Origin: Armatimonadota bacterium
Lineage (GTDB): Bacteria > Sysuimicrobiota > Sysuimicrobiia > Sysuimicrobiales > Humicultoraceae
Length of the DNA: 64,000 nt
Assembly (NCBI GenBank): GCA_037443365.1
Contig: JBBIOM010000002.1
Location: 57,268 to 121,267, forward strand
Direction of reading: 5' to 3'
Part shown: positions 52,471 through 62,224 of the stretch, in pieces
How the letters are laid out: each line of letters begins with the position of its first letter
Numbering within the stretch: position 1 is the stretch's first letter
Translations under genes and position numbers: made by a program
The notes under the pieces: generated by a model
Database searches by the model: none
What the model was told of the DNA's origin: nothing
The model's input: the letters and a program-made list of their open reading frames with translations, nothing else

Positions 52471-53180
52471 CGCCGTCCCTCGCGAAGCCAGTCGCAGAGC
52501 ATGCTTCTGTTCAGCCCCATCGCCGCTCCCACACCGGTGAGCCGCCCATCCAGCAGGATGGCGACGCTGGCATCGAGCGCCTCGGCTCCGGCCGGGTCGT
52601 GCGTCGTCAGGATCACGGCGCAGCCGCGCGCCGCGCATGCGCGCAGCGTGGAGGTCAGACGCCCGGCTGCTCCCACGTCGAGCCCGGTGTACGGCTCATC
52701 CAGGATGAGCAGATCCGGGGCGTGCAGCAGGGCGCGTGCCAGATTGACCTGTTGACGCTGTCCCCTCGATAGCACGCGCACCCTCCGTGCGGCCAGGGGC
52801 GCCAGCGCGTGCTCGTCCAGAACCGACTCCACCCGGGAAGGCGCCACGGCGTACAGCCCCCCGTAGAACACGAGGTTCTCCCTCACGGTCAGCGAGTCGT
52901 AGAGCAGTGATTCGTGCGGGACAAGGCCGATTCGGCGCCTGGTCGCCTGCGGCGGCGCCGACGGGTCGCCGAACCAGGTCAGGCTCCCACGCGTGGGGGC
53001 AAGCAGGGTAGAGATCAGACGAAGCAGCGTGGTCTTGCCCGAGCCGTTGGCGCCCAGGATCGCCAGCGTCTCGCCAGGGCGCACGCGCAGGTCTATCCCC
53101 CGCAGCACTGGCCGGTAGTCGAAGACCTTCACCAACCGGTGCGCCTCCACGACCCACCCGGGCAGATTGCCGCCGCTCAT
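52467..53180 (-). CDS. ccmA: Heme exporter ATP-binding protein CcmA
   Basis: Walker A GANGSGKTT, signature LSRGQRQ and Walker B LLILDEP. Confidence 0.85.
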   Translation of the reverse strand: MSGGNLPGWVVEAHRLVKVFDYRPVLRGIDLRVRPGETLAILGANGSGKTTLLRLISTLLAPTRGSLTWFGDPSAPPQATRRRIGLVPHESLLYDSLTVRENLVFYGGLYAVAPSRVESVLDEHALAPLAARRVRVLSRGQRQQVNLARALLHAPDLLILDEPYTGLDVGAAGRLTSTLRACAARGCAVILTTHDPAGAEALDASVAILLDGRLTGVGAAMGLNRSMLCDWLREGRR

Positions 53181-54766
53181 CCGGGCTCTTCTCCTGTTCT
53201 GGGAGCGCCGCCCAGCCGGTCCACGAGATCGTCCACCGCCTCAACCGGGAAGAGGAGGAACGGGTAGCCGCGGTAGCCGACCACCTCGGCCTCCTGCTCG
53301 CGCCGGCTGTGCTGGCGGAGCGCCTCCTGTGTCGCCTCAACGCGATCGGCGACAGCGACGCGCATGATGAGGTTGAGCTCGCGGATGCGCTGGGTTGCCG
53401 CCCTGCGCTCCCGCCGTGTCAGCCCTCCGGCGCCCTCGAGGTGCCGGATCAGCGCCCACTTCTCGTTCACGAGCGCGCTGTGAGGTCCATCACCCGGAGG
53501 AAGGAAGCGATCGGGGTTGTGCTGCAACTCGAGCAGCAGGCGACTCAGTTGGCGGCGCTCCTCCTGCGAGGGCGCGCCCTCGGGGAACGGCAGGTGAAGC
53601 GTCGCGGTCACCGTGGCGTAGGCCGGAGGGCGTACGCCGTAGAACGTCTCCATGATGGCGTCGGTCGCGCGGTCGTACCTCCCGCCGCTGATGCCGTGGA
53701 TGAACAGGTCGCAGACAGCCAGCCGGGCAAACGCGGTAAGCGCCAGCGCGCGGGGGCGGATCGCCATCGCCGCGAGCGCCGGATCGTCCGGATCGTCGGG
53801 AACCGGGCCGGCGTCGCGGCCGTCGGCCCAAAACCTGCCGCCCGAGGCGACGAACAGCGCCTGCCTCACGCCTTCCGTCACCAGCCAGAACGGCAGTTCG
53901 GTCCGCCCGGGGTCTGTCTCCAAGTCCGGAAACGGCTGTGCGCCGGTGCGAATACCGTGGCGCGCGCGGTAGGCTGCAAGCGTCGTGTTGTGCGCCGCAG
54001 CGAAGCGGGCTGGATCACTGGCGATGGAGAGCACGAAGCGGCGGAACGCCCGCGTGCGGGCAAGCCATGAAACAGGCAGGTCAAGGTAGGGACGCCGTCC
54101 TTCCAGGGCTCGGCGCGCCGCGGCTATCGCTCCAGCAAGCCCCAGCCCCGCAGGCGGCGCCGGCAGGAGCCGGGCTCGGCTCCATCCCCTGGCCAGTTCA
54201 GCCCCCCCGGCGGTCCGCAGGCAAGCGTCAATGGCTTCCAGGAACGCCTGCCACTGCGCGGGATCCGGTGATGGAAGACACTCCACAGGGACCTCGGGGG
54301 CGGCGGTGGCAAGCACGATCCGCTCGCGGCGAAGCAGGCCGTTGGCCCTGGGCACCTCCGCGGCAATCTCCGCAACCGCGTCGGTGTCCACGATCAGGTC
54401 GAGCCCCACACCCCCGGGCTGCACCAGGCGCGCCAGGGCCAGGTACTTGATCCAGATGCCCGGGTGCGCCAGCACGGGCTGGTGACCGGTGCACAGCACC
54501 TGCGCGTCGGCGTGCTCGGGCACCCCAAGCCCCAACCGGGCGGTGTAATCCGCGGCCAGGGCCAATGCCTCGGCGCGCGCTTCGCGCCTCAGCCCGCCCA
54601 GCGGGAGCCCGCCGACGACCGTGGTGGCGGCATCGAACTCGCGCCGGTTGTCCCTCGCCAGCCCGGGCCACACCGCGTAGTCCGGGCTCGCCACCGCCAC
54701 CGGAGAGGTGGCAGGGATATCTATCTCGGCATCCGGCCATGTGAGCGGGTCCGCGGCAGCAGGCAT
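53177..54766 (-). CDS. Hypothetical protein, distantly BshC-like (putative ligase fold)
   Basis: CTGHQPVLAHPGIWIKY and IRPRAL..FIHGISGGRYD resemble GGQQ.GL..GPLYT..K and RP....FIAGPGE..YW of BshC, recalled from memory. The start is taken at Met7 (54766), overlapping the PIG-L stop (TGATG). Confidence 0.3.
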   Translation of the reverse strand: MPAAADPLTWPDAEIDIPATSPVAVASPDYAVWPGLARDNRREFDAATTVVGGLPLGGLRREARAEALALAADYTARLGLGVPEHADAQVLCTGHQPVLAHPGIWIKYLALARLVQPGGVGLDLIVDTDAVAEIAAEVPRANGLLRRERIVLATAAPEVPVECLPSPDPAQWQAFLEAIDACLRTAGGAELARGWSRARLLPAPPAGLGLAGAIAAARRALEGRRPYLDLPVSWLARTRAFRRFVLSIASDPARFAAAHNTTLAAYRARHGIRTGAQPFPDLETDPGRTELPFWLVTEGVRQALFVASGGRFWADGRDAGPVPDDPDDPALAAMAIRPRALALTAFARLAVCDLFIHGISGGRYDRATDAIMETFYGVRPPAYATVTATLHLPFPEGAPSQEERRQLSRLLLELQHNPDRFLPPGDGPHSALVNEKWALIRHLEGAGGLTRRERRAATQRIRELNLIMRVAVADRVEATQEALRQHSRREQEAEVVGYRGYPFLLFPVEAVDDLVDRLGGAPRTGEEPG

Positions 54767-55449
54767 CAGATCAGGCCGTCCCACCGGGCGACCCCAATCT
54801 CCTCGCGGCAGACAAACGCCTCGCCGTACCGCCGGTGGATGAGGCCCCCCCAGTAGGCGCTGGTCTCCCGTATCAAGTCAAGGAGCGCCGCGTTGCCCCG
54901 CTCGTCGCCAAACTGCGAGGCGTAGGCCGCGATCGCGGCCATCTTGGTCTCGATGTGATCGGAGATGTCCACGATGAACGACGGCTTGACGTGGAGGCGG
55001 TAGTGCGTGCTGAGGAAGTGGTAGATGCGGTCGGGGTAGTGCGGATCGCCCCTCATCGGCGTGCGCGTGAGCTTGGCGGTGAAACGCGCGGCCTCGGCCA
55101 GTGCGCAGGCCGCGACGTGATCGGGGTGCGCGTCCACCCAGTACGGGATGAAGAGGACGTCGGGGCGCACCTCGCGGATCACCTCGGCCACCTGGAGCCG
55201 CGCCTCGATCGTGTCCTGAAGGAACCGGTTGGGCAGGCCAAGGGTCAGGCGGCGCCGCAGGCCCAGCAGGCGCGAGGCCTCCTCTGCCTCCGCGGCGCGG
55301 CGCTCGGGCGACCCTATGGGGGTGGGCTCGCCGTCGGTGAGATCGCACAGGACCACCTCGTGTCCCTGCTCCCGCAGCAGGCACACGGTTCCTCCCATGG
55401 CGATCTCCACATCGTCCGGGTGGGGGCTTATGGCAAGGACAACGGCCAA
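54766..55449 (-). CDS. PIG-L/LmbE-family N-acetylglucosaminyl deacetylase
   Basis: ISPHPDDVEIAMGG motif and HPDH. The start is proposed at TTG 55449 (MAVVLAISPHPDD), after a GAGGTGG site. Confidence 0.75.
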   Translation of the reverse strand: MAVVLAISPHPDDVEIAMGGTVCLLREQGHEVVLCDLTDGEPTPIGSPERRAAEAEEASRLLGLRRRLTLGLPNRFLQDTIEARLQVAEVIREVRPDVLFIPYWVDAHPDHVAACALAEAARFTAKLTRTPMRGDPHYPDRIYHFLSTHYRLHVKPSFIVDISDHIETKMAAIAAYASQFGDERGNAALLDLIRETSAYWGGLIHRRYGEAFVCREEIGVARWDGLI

Positions 55450-56141
55450 CGCACCACCTCTCTCTCCAGCACCTCCTCGTAGTATCGCCGCCTGACGTCC
55501 ACGTCGTCCAGCCCTCCCCAGAAGCGGCGCTTCGGGTTCTTGTAGATGCGCGGAACCCCAATCTCGACCACGCGCATCCGGTGGTGGGCGGCCTGAACCC
55601 ACACCTGCAGCGGCAGCCCGTAGGAGGGCTCGGTCAGTTCCATCTTGCGCAGGGCTTCCGCGCGGTAGGCCTTGAAGCCGCAGAACGCGTCGGTGATCGC
55701 GTAGCCCGTGAGCGCGCGCAGGCGCCCGGTCATTTCCTCGTTCAGCGCACGCCGGTCGGCCGGAGGTTTGTCGCCGCCGATGCGCGGGTCCAGGTAGCGG
55801 CTCCCGGAGGCGATGTCGACGGCCTCCAGCGCGGATGTGAACTCGGGTATCTGCCTGGGCTCGTGCTGCTCGTCGCAGTCAAGCGTGACCACCGTGTCGT
55901 ACCCGTGCGCCAGGGAATACGCGAAGCCGTCGATCAGCGACTGGCCGTAGCCCTCGTTATGCGCGTGGGTTATGACGGCGATGTCGGGGTAGGAGCGCAG
56001 CACCCCGGGGGAGCCGTCGGTCGAGCCGTCGTCCACGACGACCACGGATGCGCCCCCAGCCCACCGCCGCACGCCGTCGAGCACACGCGCGAGTGTGGGC
56101 TCCTCGTTGAAAAGGGGTAGAACCACAGCTGTTCGGCGCAT
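55428..56141 (-). CDS. Family 2 glycosyltransferase (DPM1-like, soluble)
   Basis: VVLPLFNEE, VVVDDGSTDGS and LDCDEQH (DxD-type). Confidence 0.8.
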   Translation of the reverse strand: MRRTAVVLPLFNEEPTLARVLDGVRRWAGGASVVVVDDGSTDGSPGVLRSYPDIAVITHAHNEGYGQSLIDGFAYSLAHGYDTVVTLDCDEQHEPRQIPEFTSALEAVDIASGSRYLDPRIGGDKPPADRRALNEEMTGRLRALTGYAITDAFCGFKAYRAEALRKMELTEPSYGLPLQVWVQAAHHRMRVVEIGVPRIYKNPKRRFWGGLDDVDVRRRYYEEVLEREVVRWPLSLP

Positions 56142-56147
56142 ACACGG

Positions 56148-56837
56148 CTAGAGCAACTTGACCCCGTTTATCTGTAACTTGAAGCCGCACCCCAGAAATT
56201 CCGCGGCGCGGCGGCACATCAACATCCTGTCCAGGAAGATCTCGAAGTACTCCATGACCTGAGACATCGTGGTGTCGATCGTCAGTTCCAGGGTGATGGT
56301 CTTGCTCTTCTCGTCCACTCGCAGGAACGAGTGCTCCGCGGCGTAGTTAACGCGGTCGTGGATGTCAAAGTCCTTGGGCTCGGGGTTGCGCACCCGCGAG
56401 CGGTGGACGTCGGACTTGTCGGCCAGGATCACCGCGGCGCCCACGGCGCTGACGACGTCCCCGTGCCGTTCCTCGTGATTGCCTATCGCGCCCATCACGA
56501 TGGCCCTCTCATCCGGCGGCATCTGCAGGCGCGCCAGGATGCGATCGGCCAGGATGGCCGAGGCCTGTTCGTGGCTCGTCCGGCTGACCAGGTTGCCTAT
56601 GTCGTGCAGGTACGCCGCGATGGCCCCCAGCTCGACGGTCCTGGCATCGTGCCCCAGCCTGCGCAGGACGTTGGTGGCGATGTTGGCACTCAAGCTGGCG
56701 TGGCGCACACCATGCTCGGTGTAGCCGATCACGCCGGTGTACTCGTTGGCCTTGGTGACGAAGGCCTCGACTTCGGGATCGCGCTTGATTTCCTCCAGGG
56801 TCGGCGACCCGCCGGCGGGGCGCTGCTCCGTGGTCAC
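56148..56837 (-). CDS. HD-domain phosphohydrolase-family protein
   Basis: HGVRHA ... YLHDIGN. The start is proposed at GTG 56837, overlapping the yajC stop (GTGA). Confidence 0.7.
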   Translation of the reverse strand: MTTEQRPAGGSPTLEEIKRDPEVEAFVTKANEYTGVIGYTEHGVRHASLSANIATNVLRRLGHDARTVELGAIAAYLHDIGNLVSRTSHEQASAILADRILARLQMPPDERAIVMGAIGNHEERHGDVVSAVGAAVILADKSDVHRSRVRNPEPKDFDIHDRVNYAAEHSFLRVDEKSKTITLELTIDTTMSQVMEYFEIFLDRMLMCRRAAEFLGCGFKLQINGVKLL

Positions 56838-57133
56838 TCCTCTCCCTTCGGCTCGGCCTTCGACCGCACGTAGCTCACGGCCCCGCGGTCGGCCTTGACG
56901 CGGAGGTTGGGGGCCAGGTCGAGGCTCAGGACGTCCTCCTTGATCTCGGCGATCGTGGCGTGGATCCCGCCGATGGTGACGACGCGATCTCCCCGCCGCA
57001 GCGCATCGAGCATCTCCTTGCGCTTGCGCGCCTGGGCCCTCTGGGGGCGGATCATCAACAGGTAGAAGACAACGAAGATCAATACCCACAGAACAATCAC
57101 CGCGACCTGCGACTGCTGTTGAGGCATCGGCAC
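56834..57133 (-). CDS. yajC: Preprotein translocase subunit YajC
   Basis: One TM segment, then MIRPQRAQARKRKEMLDALRRGDRVVTIGGIHATI. Confidence 0.85.
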   Translation of the reverse strand: MPMPQQQSQVAVIVLWVLIFVVFYLLMIRPQRAQARKRKEMLDALRRGDRVVTIGGIHATIAEIKEDVLSLDLAPNLRVKADRGAVSYVRSKAEPKGEE

Positions 57134-57196
57134 AACCCTCCTGCGTGATCAGGGGATGAGCAACGGTTTCTCTCGTCCGGGCGCGTCTCCTCTAAG

Positions 57197-58309
57197 TTAC
57201 CACCGCGCGAGGTGCCTCGCCAGTACCCCCAAGACCCATTGCTCGTAGCGGTCCTGGCGCAGTGCCGCGCGAGCCTCCTCGAGCAGCGCGCCCATGAAGG
57301 CCAGATTGTGGTAGGTGGCCAGGCGGGGGCCCAGCATCTCGTCGGCTGCAAAGAGGTGCCGCAGGTAGGCACGTGTGGTCCGCGCGCAGACGCGGCAGGG
57401 ACAGTCGGGGTCGGGTGGTGAGAGATCGTCTCGAAAGCGCGCGTTCCGCAGGTTGATCCTGCCCGTGCGAGTCAGCAGGACCCCGGTACGGGCCACGCGT
57501 GTCGGCAGCGCGCAGTCGAAGAGGTCTATCCCGCGCCTGATGGCTTCCAGCACGCCCGGCGTATCTCCCAGGCCCATGACGTACCGCGGCCGCTCTCCTG
57601 GCAGTTCGGCGACCGCGGCCTCGATCGCCTCCATCATGACCTGGCGGGGCTCACCGACGGCGAGCCCTCCCAGCGCGTAGCCCACGAAGTCCATCTCCGC
57701 GGTGCGCCGGGCCGCCTCGGCGCGCAGGACGGGATCGAACCCACCCTGCACTATGCCGAAGAGCGCTCCTGCTCCGCTCCTTGAGTGGTGCGCCCGTGAA
57801 CGCGCGGCCCAGGCCAGCGTGGTCTCGAGCGCGGCCCTGTCCTCGCCGGGGTCGTGGGGATAGCCTAGGCAGACATCCAGCGGCATGACGATGTCGGAGC
57901 CGAGCCGCCGCTGGATGTCCACCACGCCCTCGGGCGTCAGCCGGTGCTGGCTGCCGTCTATGGGCGACCGGAAGACGACCCCCTCCTCGTCCACCGTCCG
58001 GGTCCTCGCCAGGCTGTGGACCTGGTACCCGCCGCTGTCAGTCAGGATCGGACCGGCCCACCCCATGAAGGCGTGCAGCCCCCCGGCACGCTCGATGATC
58101 ACGGGCCCGGGTCTCAGGTAGAGGTGAAACGCGTTGGCCAGGATGATGCGCGCGCCGGTTTCGGCCACCTCGTCGGGGGTCAGGGCCTTCACGGTGGCGT
58201 TGGTGCCTACCGGCATGAACGCCGGGGTCTCCACCTCTCCCCGGGAAGTGCGAAGCCGTCCGGCGCGGGCGGCGCTGCGCGGCGCCTGGCGTAGCACCTC
58301 GAAGTCCAT
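57197..58309 (-). CDS. tgt: Queuine tRNA-ribosyltransferase
   Basis: TPAFMPVGT, TDSGGYQ and the zinc motif CPCRVC...H. The start is at internal Met71 (MDFEVLRQ). Confidence 0.9.
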   Translation of the reverse strand: MDFEVLRQAPRSAARAGRLRTSRGEVETPAFMPVGTNATVKALTPDEVAETGARIILANAFHLYLRPGPVIIERAGGLHAFMGWAGPILTDSGGYQVHSLARTRTVDEEGVVFRSPIDGSQHRLTPEGVVDIQRRLGSDIVMPLDVCLGYPHDPGEDRAALETTLAWAARSRAHHSRSGAGALFGIVQGGFDPVLRAEAARRTAEMDFVGYALGGLAVGEPRQVMMEAIEAAVAELPGERPRYVMGLGDTPGVLEAIRRGIDLFDCALPTRVARTGVLLTRTGRINLRNARFRDDLSPPDPDCPCRVCARTTRAYLRHLFAADEMLGPRLATYHNLAFMGALLEEARAALRQDRYEQWVLGVLARHLARW

Positions 58310-58323
58310 GGCGGCGTGTGCGG

Positions 58324-59607
58324 CTACGGGTAGATCCCGCGTATCATCAGCGCCTCCGCCACGCGCTCCACCGCGCGCTGCATCGCGGCCAGCCGGTAGG
58401 AGATGCCCTGCGAGCGGGCCAGCTCGATCACCTCGCGCACGCTGCGGACCATTATGCGCTCGAGGCGCTGGTTGATGTCCTCCTCGCTCCAGAAGAACGA
58501 CTGCAGGTCCTGCACCCACTCGAAGTACGACACTATTACCCCGCCGGAGTTGGCCAGGATGTCAGGCAGGACCGTCACGCCCTTTCGCTCCAGGATCGCG
58601 TCGGCGTCGGGCGTGGTGGGACCGTTGGCGCCCTCCACGATCACGCGGGCCTTGATGCGGTCGGCGTTGGCATCGGTTATCTGGCCTTCCAGGGCGGCCG
58701 GCACAAGATAGGTGCAGGGCAGCTCGAGCAGCTCCTTGTTGGAGATCGCGTCGGCTCCGGGGAATCCCACGACGCTCTTGGTTTGCGCCACGTGCCTCAA
58801 CAGCGCGGGGACATCGAACCCGGCGGGGTTGTAGATGCCCCCGTACACGTCGCTGGCGCCCACTATCTTGCAGCCCTCGGCGTGCATCAGCGCCGCGGTG
58901 GCCGATCCGACGTTCCCGAATCCCTGCACGACCACGGTCGCTCCGCTCCAGGGAAGGCCGAGCATGCGCGCCGCCTCGCGCGCGGAGATCATGCAGCCGC
59001 GGCCGGTCGCCTCCTTCCGGCCCACCGAGCCCCCGATCGAGACCGGCTTGCCGGTAACCACGGCGGACACCGAGTGCCCGGCATGCATGCTGTAGGTGTC
59101 CATGATCCAGGCCATGACCTGGTCGTTGGTGCCCACGTCCGGCGCCGGGATGTCGCCCAGGGGATGCATCATAACGCTGATCTCGGAGGCGTAGCGCCGC
59201 GTCAGGCGCTCCAGTTCGCCGGCGGACAGCGTGGTGGGATCAACGACCACGCCGCCCTTGGCGCCGCCGTACGGCAGGTTCACCAGGGCGCACTTCCAGG
59301 TCATCCACATGGCCAGCGCGCGAACCTCGTTGAGGGTCACGTCCTGGTGGTAGCGTATGCCTCCCTTGCTCGGGCCGAGCACGGTGCTGTGGTGCACGCG
59401 GTATCCCGTAAAGATCCGGATGGACCCATCGTCCATCTTTACCGGGAAGTTCACGGTCAACTCGCGGTGCGGCGTAACCAGGTATTCCTTGATCCCGCGC
59501 TTGAGCGCCAGGCGTTCGGCCACCTGCCAGAACTGCTCCAGGGCCATCTCCCAGGGATCGTCCTTGATCTGTACCACGTTGGCGTCGCCCGCTTCCTTGA
59601 TCACCAT
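58324..59607 (-). CDS. Glutamate dehydrogenase (Glu/Leu/Phe/Val dehydrogenase family)
   Basis: [10 protein letters not shown] and VQGFGNVG. The start is at Met86 (MVIKEAGD), 5 nt after a GGGAGGG site. Confidence 0.9.
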   Translation of the reverse strand: MVIKEAGDANVVQIKDDPWEMALEQFWQVAERLALKRGIKEYLVTPHRELTVNFPVKMDDGSIRIFTGYRVHHSTVLGPSKGGIRYHQDVTLNEVRALAMWMTWKCALVNLPYGGAKGGVVVDPTTLSAGELERLTRRYASEISVMMHPLGDIPAPDVGTNDQVMAWIMDTYSMHAGHSVSAVVTGKPVSIGGSVGRKEATGRGCMISAREAARMLGLPWSGATVVVQGFGNVGSATAALMHAEGCKIVGASDVYGGIYNPAGFDVPALLRHVAQTKSVVGFPGADAISNKELLELPCTYLVPAALEGQITDANADRIKARVIVEGANGPTTPDADAILERKGVTVLPDILANSGGVIVSYFEWVQDLQSFFWSEEDINQRLERIMVRSVREVIELARSQGISYRLAAMQRAVERVAEALMIRGIYP

Positions 59608-59748
59608 CCACCCTCCCTTGTTCACCCCCTGCATCCTTCCGGCGAGGGAGCGCGTTTTCCTCCACGACAGGCCAGGGATGTGCGGCCGCATTGCCCGCCC
59701 CCTGGCAAGGCCGTAGAATGTGGGCATACACACCCCCTGGAGGCCGGA

Positions 59749-60051
59749 ATGCCTGAGGAAGAAGGCGCTGGTGCTCTGACTCCCCCTGAGGTCGCTGTTT
59801 CCTCGCTCAATCCCGGCGGGCGGCCGGCGGCCGCGATCCAGGCCCGCGCGGTCCAGGTGCACGACACGCCCAACAGCGGCGTCGAGATCCGCGCCGGGGA
59901 GTCTGAGGACGAGAACATCAGGAGGCTGCTGGGAGGACTGGGAGCGTACCAGAACCCGCTGCGCCCGGGCGCCTGGCAGCTCGACCGCCGGTACCGCGCC
60001 GATGCGGTGCGCCGCCTGGAGACGGCCGGGTACGAGGTCGCCGGTCGCTAG
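59749..60051 (+). CDS. Hypothetical 100-aa protein (only plus-strand candidate outside 1..3556)
   Basis: ATG 5 nt after a GGAGG site. Divergent from gdh and convergent with queA, with a 4-nt overlap. No recognisable motif, and the region is otherwise non-coding on the minus strand. Confidence 0.3.
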   Translation: MPEEEGAGALTPPEVAVSSLNPGGRPAAAIQARAVQVHDTPNSGVEIRAGESEDENIRRLLGGLGAYQNPLRPGAWQLDRRYRADAVRRLETAGYEVAGR

Positions 60052-61079
60052 AGAACCAGCATCGCGTCACCGAAACTGTAGAAGCGATAGCGCTCCGCGA
60101 CCGCCTCGGCATACGCTCGCAGGACCGCCTCGCGCCCGGCGAACGCGCATACGAGCATAAGCAGCGTGGTCCTGGGCAGGTGGAAGTTCGTCACCAACCC
60201 CTCTGTGGCGCGAAACGCGTGACCGGGCGTAATGAACAGGTCGGTCCACCCGCTGTACGCCTGTAGCCGGCCGTCCGGGGCCGCCGCGGTCTCCAGGGCG
60301 CGCACGGCCGAGGTGCCCACCGCTATCAGCCGGCCCTGGCGCGCGTTGATGGCCGCGGCGGCCTGCGGGGTCAGCGTCAGGTGTTCGGATTCCATTCGGT
60401 GCGTGCGCACATCCTCTGCGCGCACGTTCTGGAAGGTCCCCAGCCCGATGTGCAGGGTCAGCGTCACCAGCCCCACGCCCTGATCTTGCAGCCGAGCGAG
60501 CAGCTCGGGCGTGAAGTGCAGCCCGGCCGTGGGCGCTGCCACCGAGCCTTCCTCGCGGGCATAGACGGTCTGGTAGTCCTCGGGGCCAGAGCACCGATCC
60601 CGGATGTACGGGGGAAGCGGCACCTCGCCGCAGCGGCGCAGCAGGTCGAGCATGCTCTCACCGGAAGCCAGCCGCACGAGGCGGCGTCCGTGCGGCAGGC
60701 GGCCCACCACCTCCAGGAGTGTGCTGTCAGGGCCGACCTCTACGACCGCCCCAGGCCGAAGCCGGCGCCCGGGTCGCGCCAGTGCCTCCCAGACCTCCTC
60801 GCTCCCTGCTCCCCCACCCACTGCGCGCAGCAGCAGCAGCTCGGCCGCCCCGCCGCCCCCCCGGCGCCGCCCGCGCAGGCGCGCCGGAATCACGCGCGTG
60901 TCATTTGCCACCAGGACGTCTCCGGCGCGCAGGTAGTCGCCGATCTCGCGAAAGATGCGGTGCGCTACACGCTGCGTGGGGCGGTCGAGCACCAGCAGCC
61001 GCGATGCGTCGCGGGGCGAGGCCGGATGCTGCGCGACGAGTTCAGGAGGAAGCGTGTAGTCGAAATCCGACAGGCGCAT
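60048..61079 (-). CDS. queA: S-adenosylmethionine:tRNA ribosyltransferase-isomerase
   Basis: [25 protein letters not shown] and the C-terminal [10 protein letters not shown]. Confidence 0.9.
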   Translation of the reverse strand: MRLSDFDYTLPPELVAQHPASPRDASRLLVLDRPTQRVAHRIFREIGDYLRAGDVLVANDTRVIPARLRGRRRGGGGAAELLLLRAVGGGAGSEEVWEALARPGRRLRPGAVVEVGPDSTLLEVVGRLPHGRRLVRLASGESMLDLLRRCGEVPLPPYIRDRCSGPEDYQTVYAREEGSVAAPTAGLHFTPELLARLQDQGVGLVTLTLHIGLGTFQNVRAEDVRTHRMESEHLTLTPQAAAAINARQGRLIAVGTSAVRALETAAAPDGRLQAYSGWTDLFITPGHAFRATEGLVTNFHLPRTTLLMLVCAFAGREAVLRAYAEAVAERYRFYSFGDAMLVL

Positions 61080-62224
61080 CAGGGCCGCGCGGCAATCACG
61101 ATTCCCGTGTAGTAGTGTCTAAGGATGGCGGTGTAGTCGCGGCCCGCCAGCGCCATTCCGCGGGCGCCCCACTGGCTCATTCCCACGCCGTGTCCGAACC
61201 CCCGTCCGGCGAGTTCGACGGTGTCCTCGGCAGGATAGGAGCGCACGGCGAACAGGGTGCTGCGCAGCACGTTGGGGTCCATGGCGGCGCGGAACTCACT
61301 GCCCCGCACCTCGCCTCCTCCGGAGGCGGCCACCAGCCGCAGGAGCATCACGCGCCCTGACGGACTGGTGGAGGCGACCTCGAGCCGGGACAGGCCCCTC
61401 AAGGGACGGCCCGCGCGCCCAAGGCGCGCCTCGATCGCCGCCAGCTGCAGCCGGAGCGTCCACTCATGGTTGGGCGCGTCCCTGGAGAAGGGATCGGGCA
61501 CGCCGCGAAGATGAGGTGTCACGCTTCCCCATACGTACTCGCTGCTCTCCGTGGCGCCGCCCGAATCGGCGTGATACGCGGCGAACGCGGGCCTGCCGCC
61601 GTAGAGCAGCACGAGCCCGCGCGTGGCGTCCACCGCGGCCGATGTGCGGGCGTCCTCGGCGGCTATCCCGCCGTAGACCTGCGAATCGGTTGTCGAGCGC
61701 ACATCGTAGCCCTCGGACGCGAACCTCCCGGCACTCCCGGCGGCCAGCGAGCGCGCGGCTATCGCCTGCGCCCGCAAGGCCTCGGGCGGCCAGCGCGGAT
61801 CCATCTCGCTGCGCACGACGCCGTAGAGATACTCCTCGACGTCGAGCTCGTTGATGGCGGTCACGCGCCCGGCCGCGGTGCGGCGCAGCTCGACGACGCC
61901 CCGGTATGGCCTGCCGCCGAGAGAGATAGGGACGCCCCGCGGCACCAGGCGGACCGTGGCGCCGTAGCCGATGCCTTCCATTTCGAGCCCTGCGGGCGCA
62001 GCGCGCACGCTCAGGCGGCCTGCCTCGAGCGTCTCGCGGCGTCCTGAGTCGACGTCTATCAGGTCGAACGGCGCGGCGCATGCTACGGTCAGGGACTCCT
62101 GGCCCAGCAGCAGCCCCACGCGCACCAGGTCCGCGGACTGCGCAGCGGCCTCGCCCGGGCCCCCCGGGACAAAGCAGGCGAGAAGCACCGCAACCAGCAG
62201 TCCGGCCAGCACGCCCGGGGACAT
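61079..62224 (-). CDS. SpoIID/LytB-domain protein
   Basis: Signal-like N-terminus, VEEYLYGVVRSEM...EALRAQAIAARS and HADSGG. The start is at Met5, overlapping the ruvB stop (TGATG). Confidence 0.8.
   Translation of the reverse strand: MSPGVLAGLLVAVLLACFVPGGPGEAAAQSADLVRVGLLLGQESLTVACAAPFDLIDVDSGRRETLEAGRLSVRAAPAGLEMEGIGYGATVRLVPRGVPISLGGRPYRGVVELRRTAAGRVTAINELDVEEYLYGVVRSEMDPRWPPEALRAQAIAARSLAAGSAGRFASEGYDVRSTTDSQVYGGIAAEDARTSAAVDATRGLVLLYGGRPAFAAYHADSGGATESSEYVWGSVTPHLRGVPDPFSRDAPNHEWTLRLQLAAIEARLGRAGRPLRGLSRLEVASTSPSGRVMLLRLVAASGGGEVRGSEFRAAMDPNVLRSTLFAVRSYPAEDTVELAGRGFGHGVGMSQWGARGMALAGRDYTAILRHYYTGIVIAARP

Noticed and set aside
58318-59748. The first ~477 codons of plus-strand ORF 58318..60051.
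   Set aside because: This part is antisense to the glutamate dehydrogenase gene. Only the last 100 codons (59749..60051), which lie in otherwise non-coding DNA behind a good ribosome-binding site, were kept as a low-confidence candidate.
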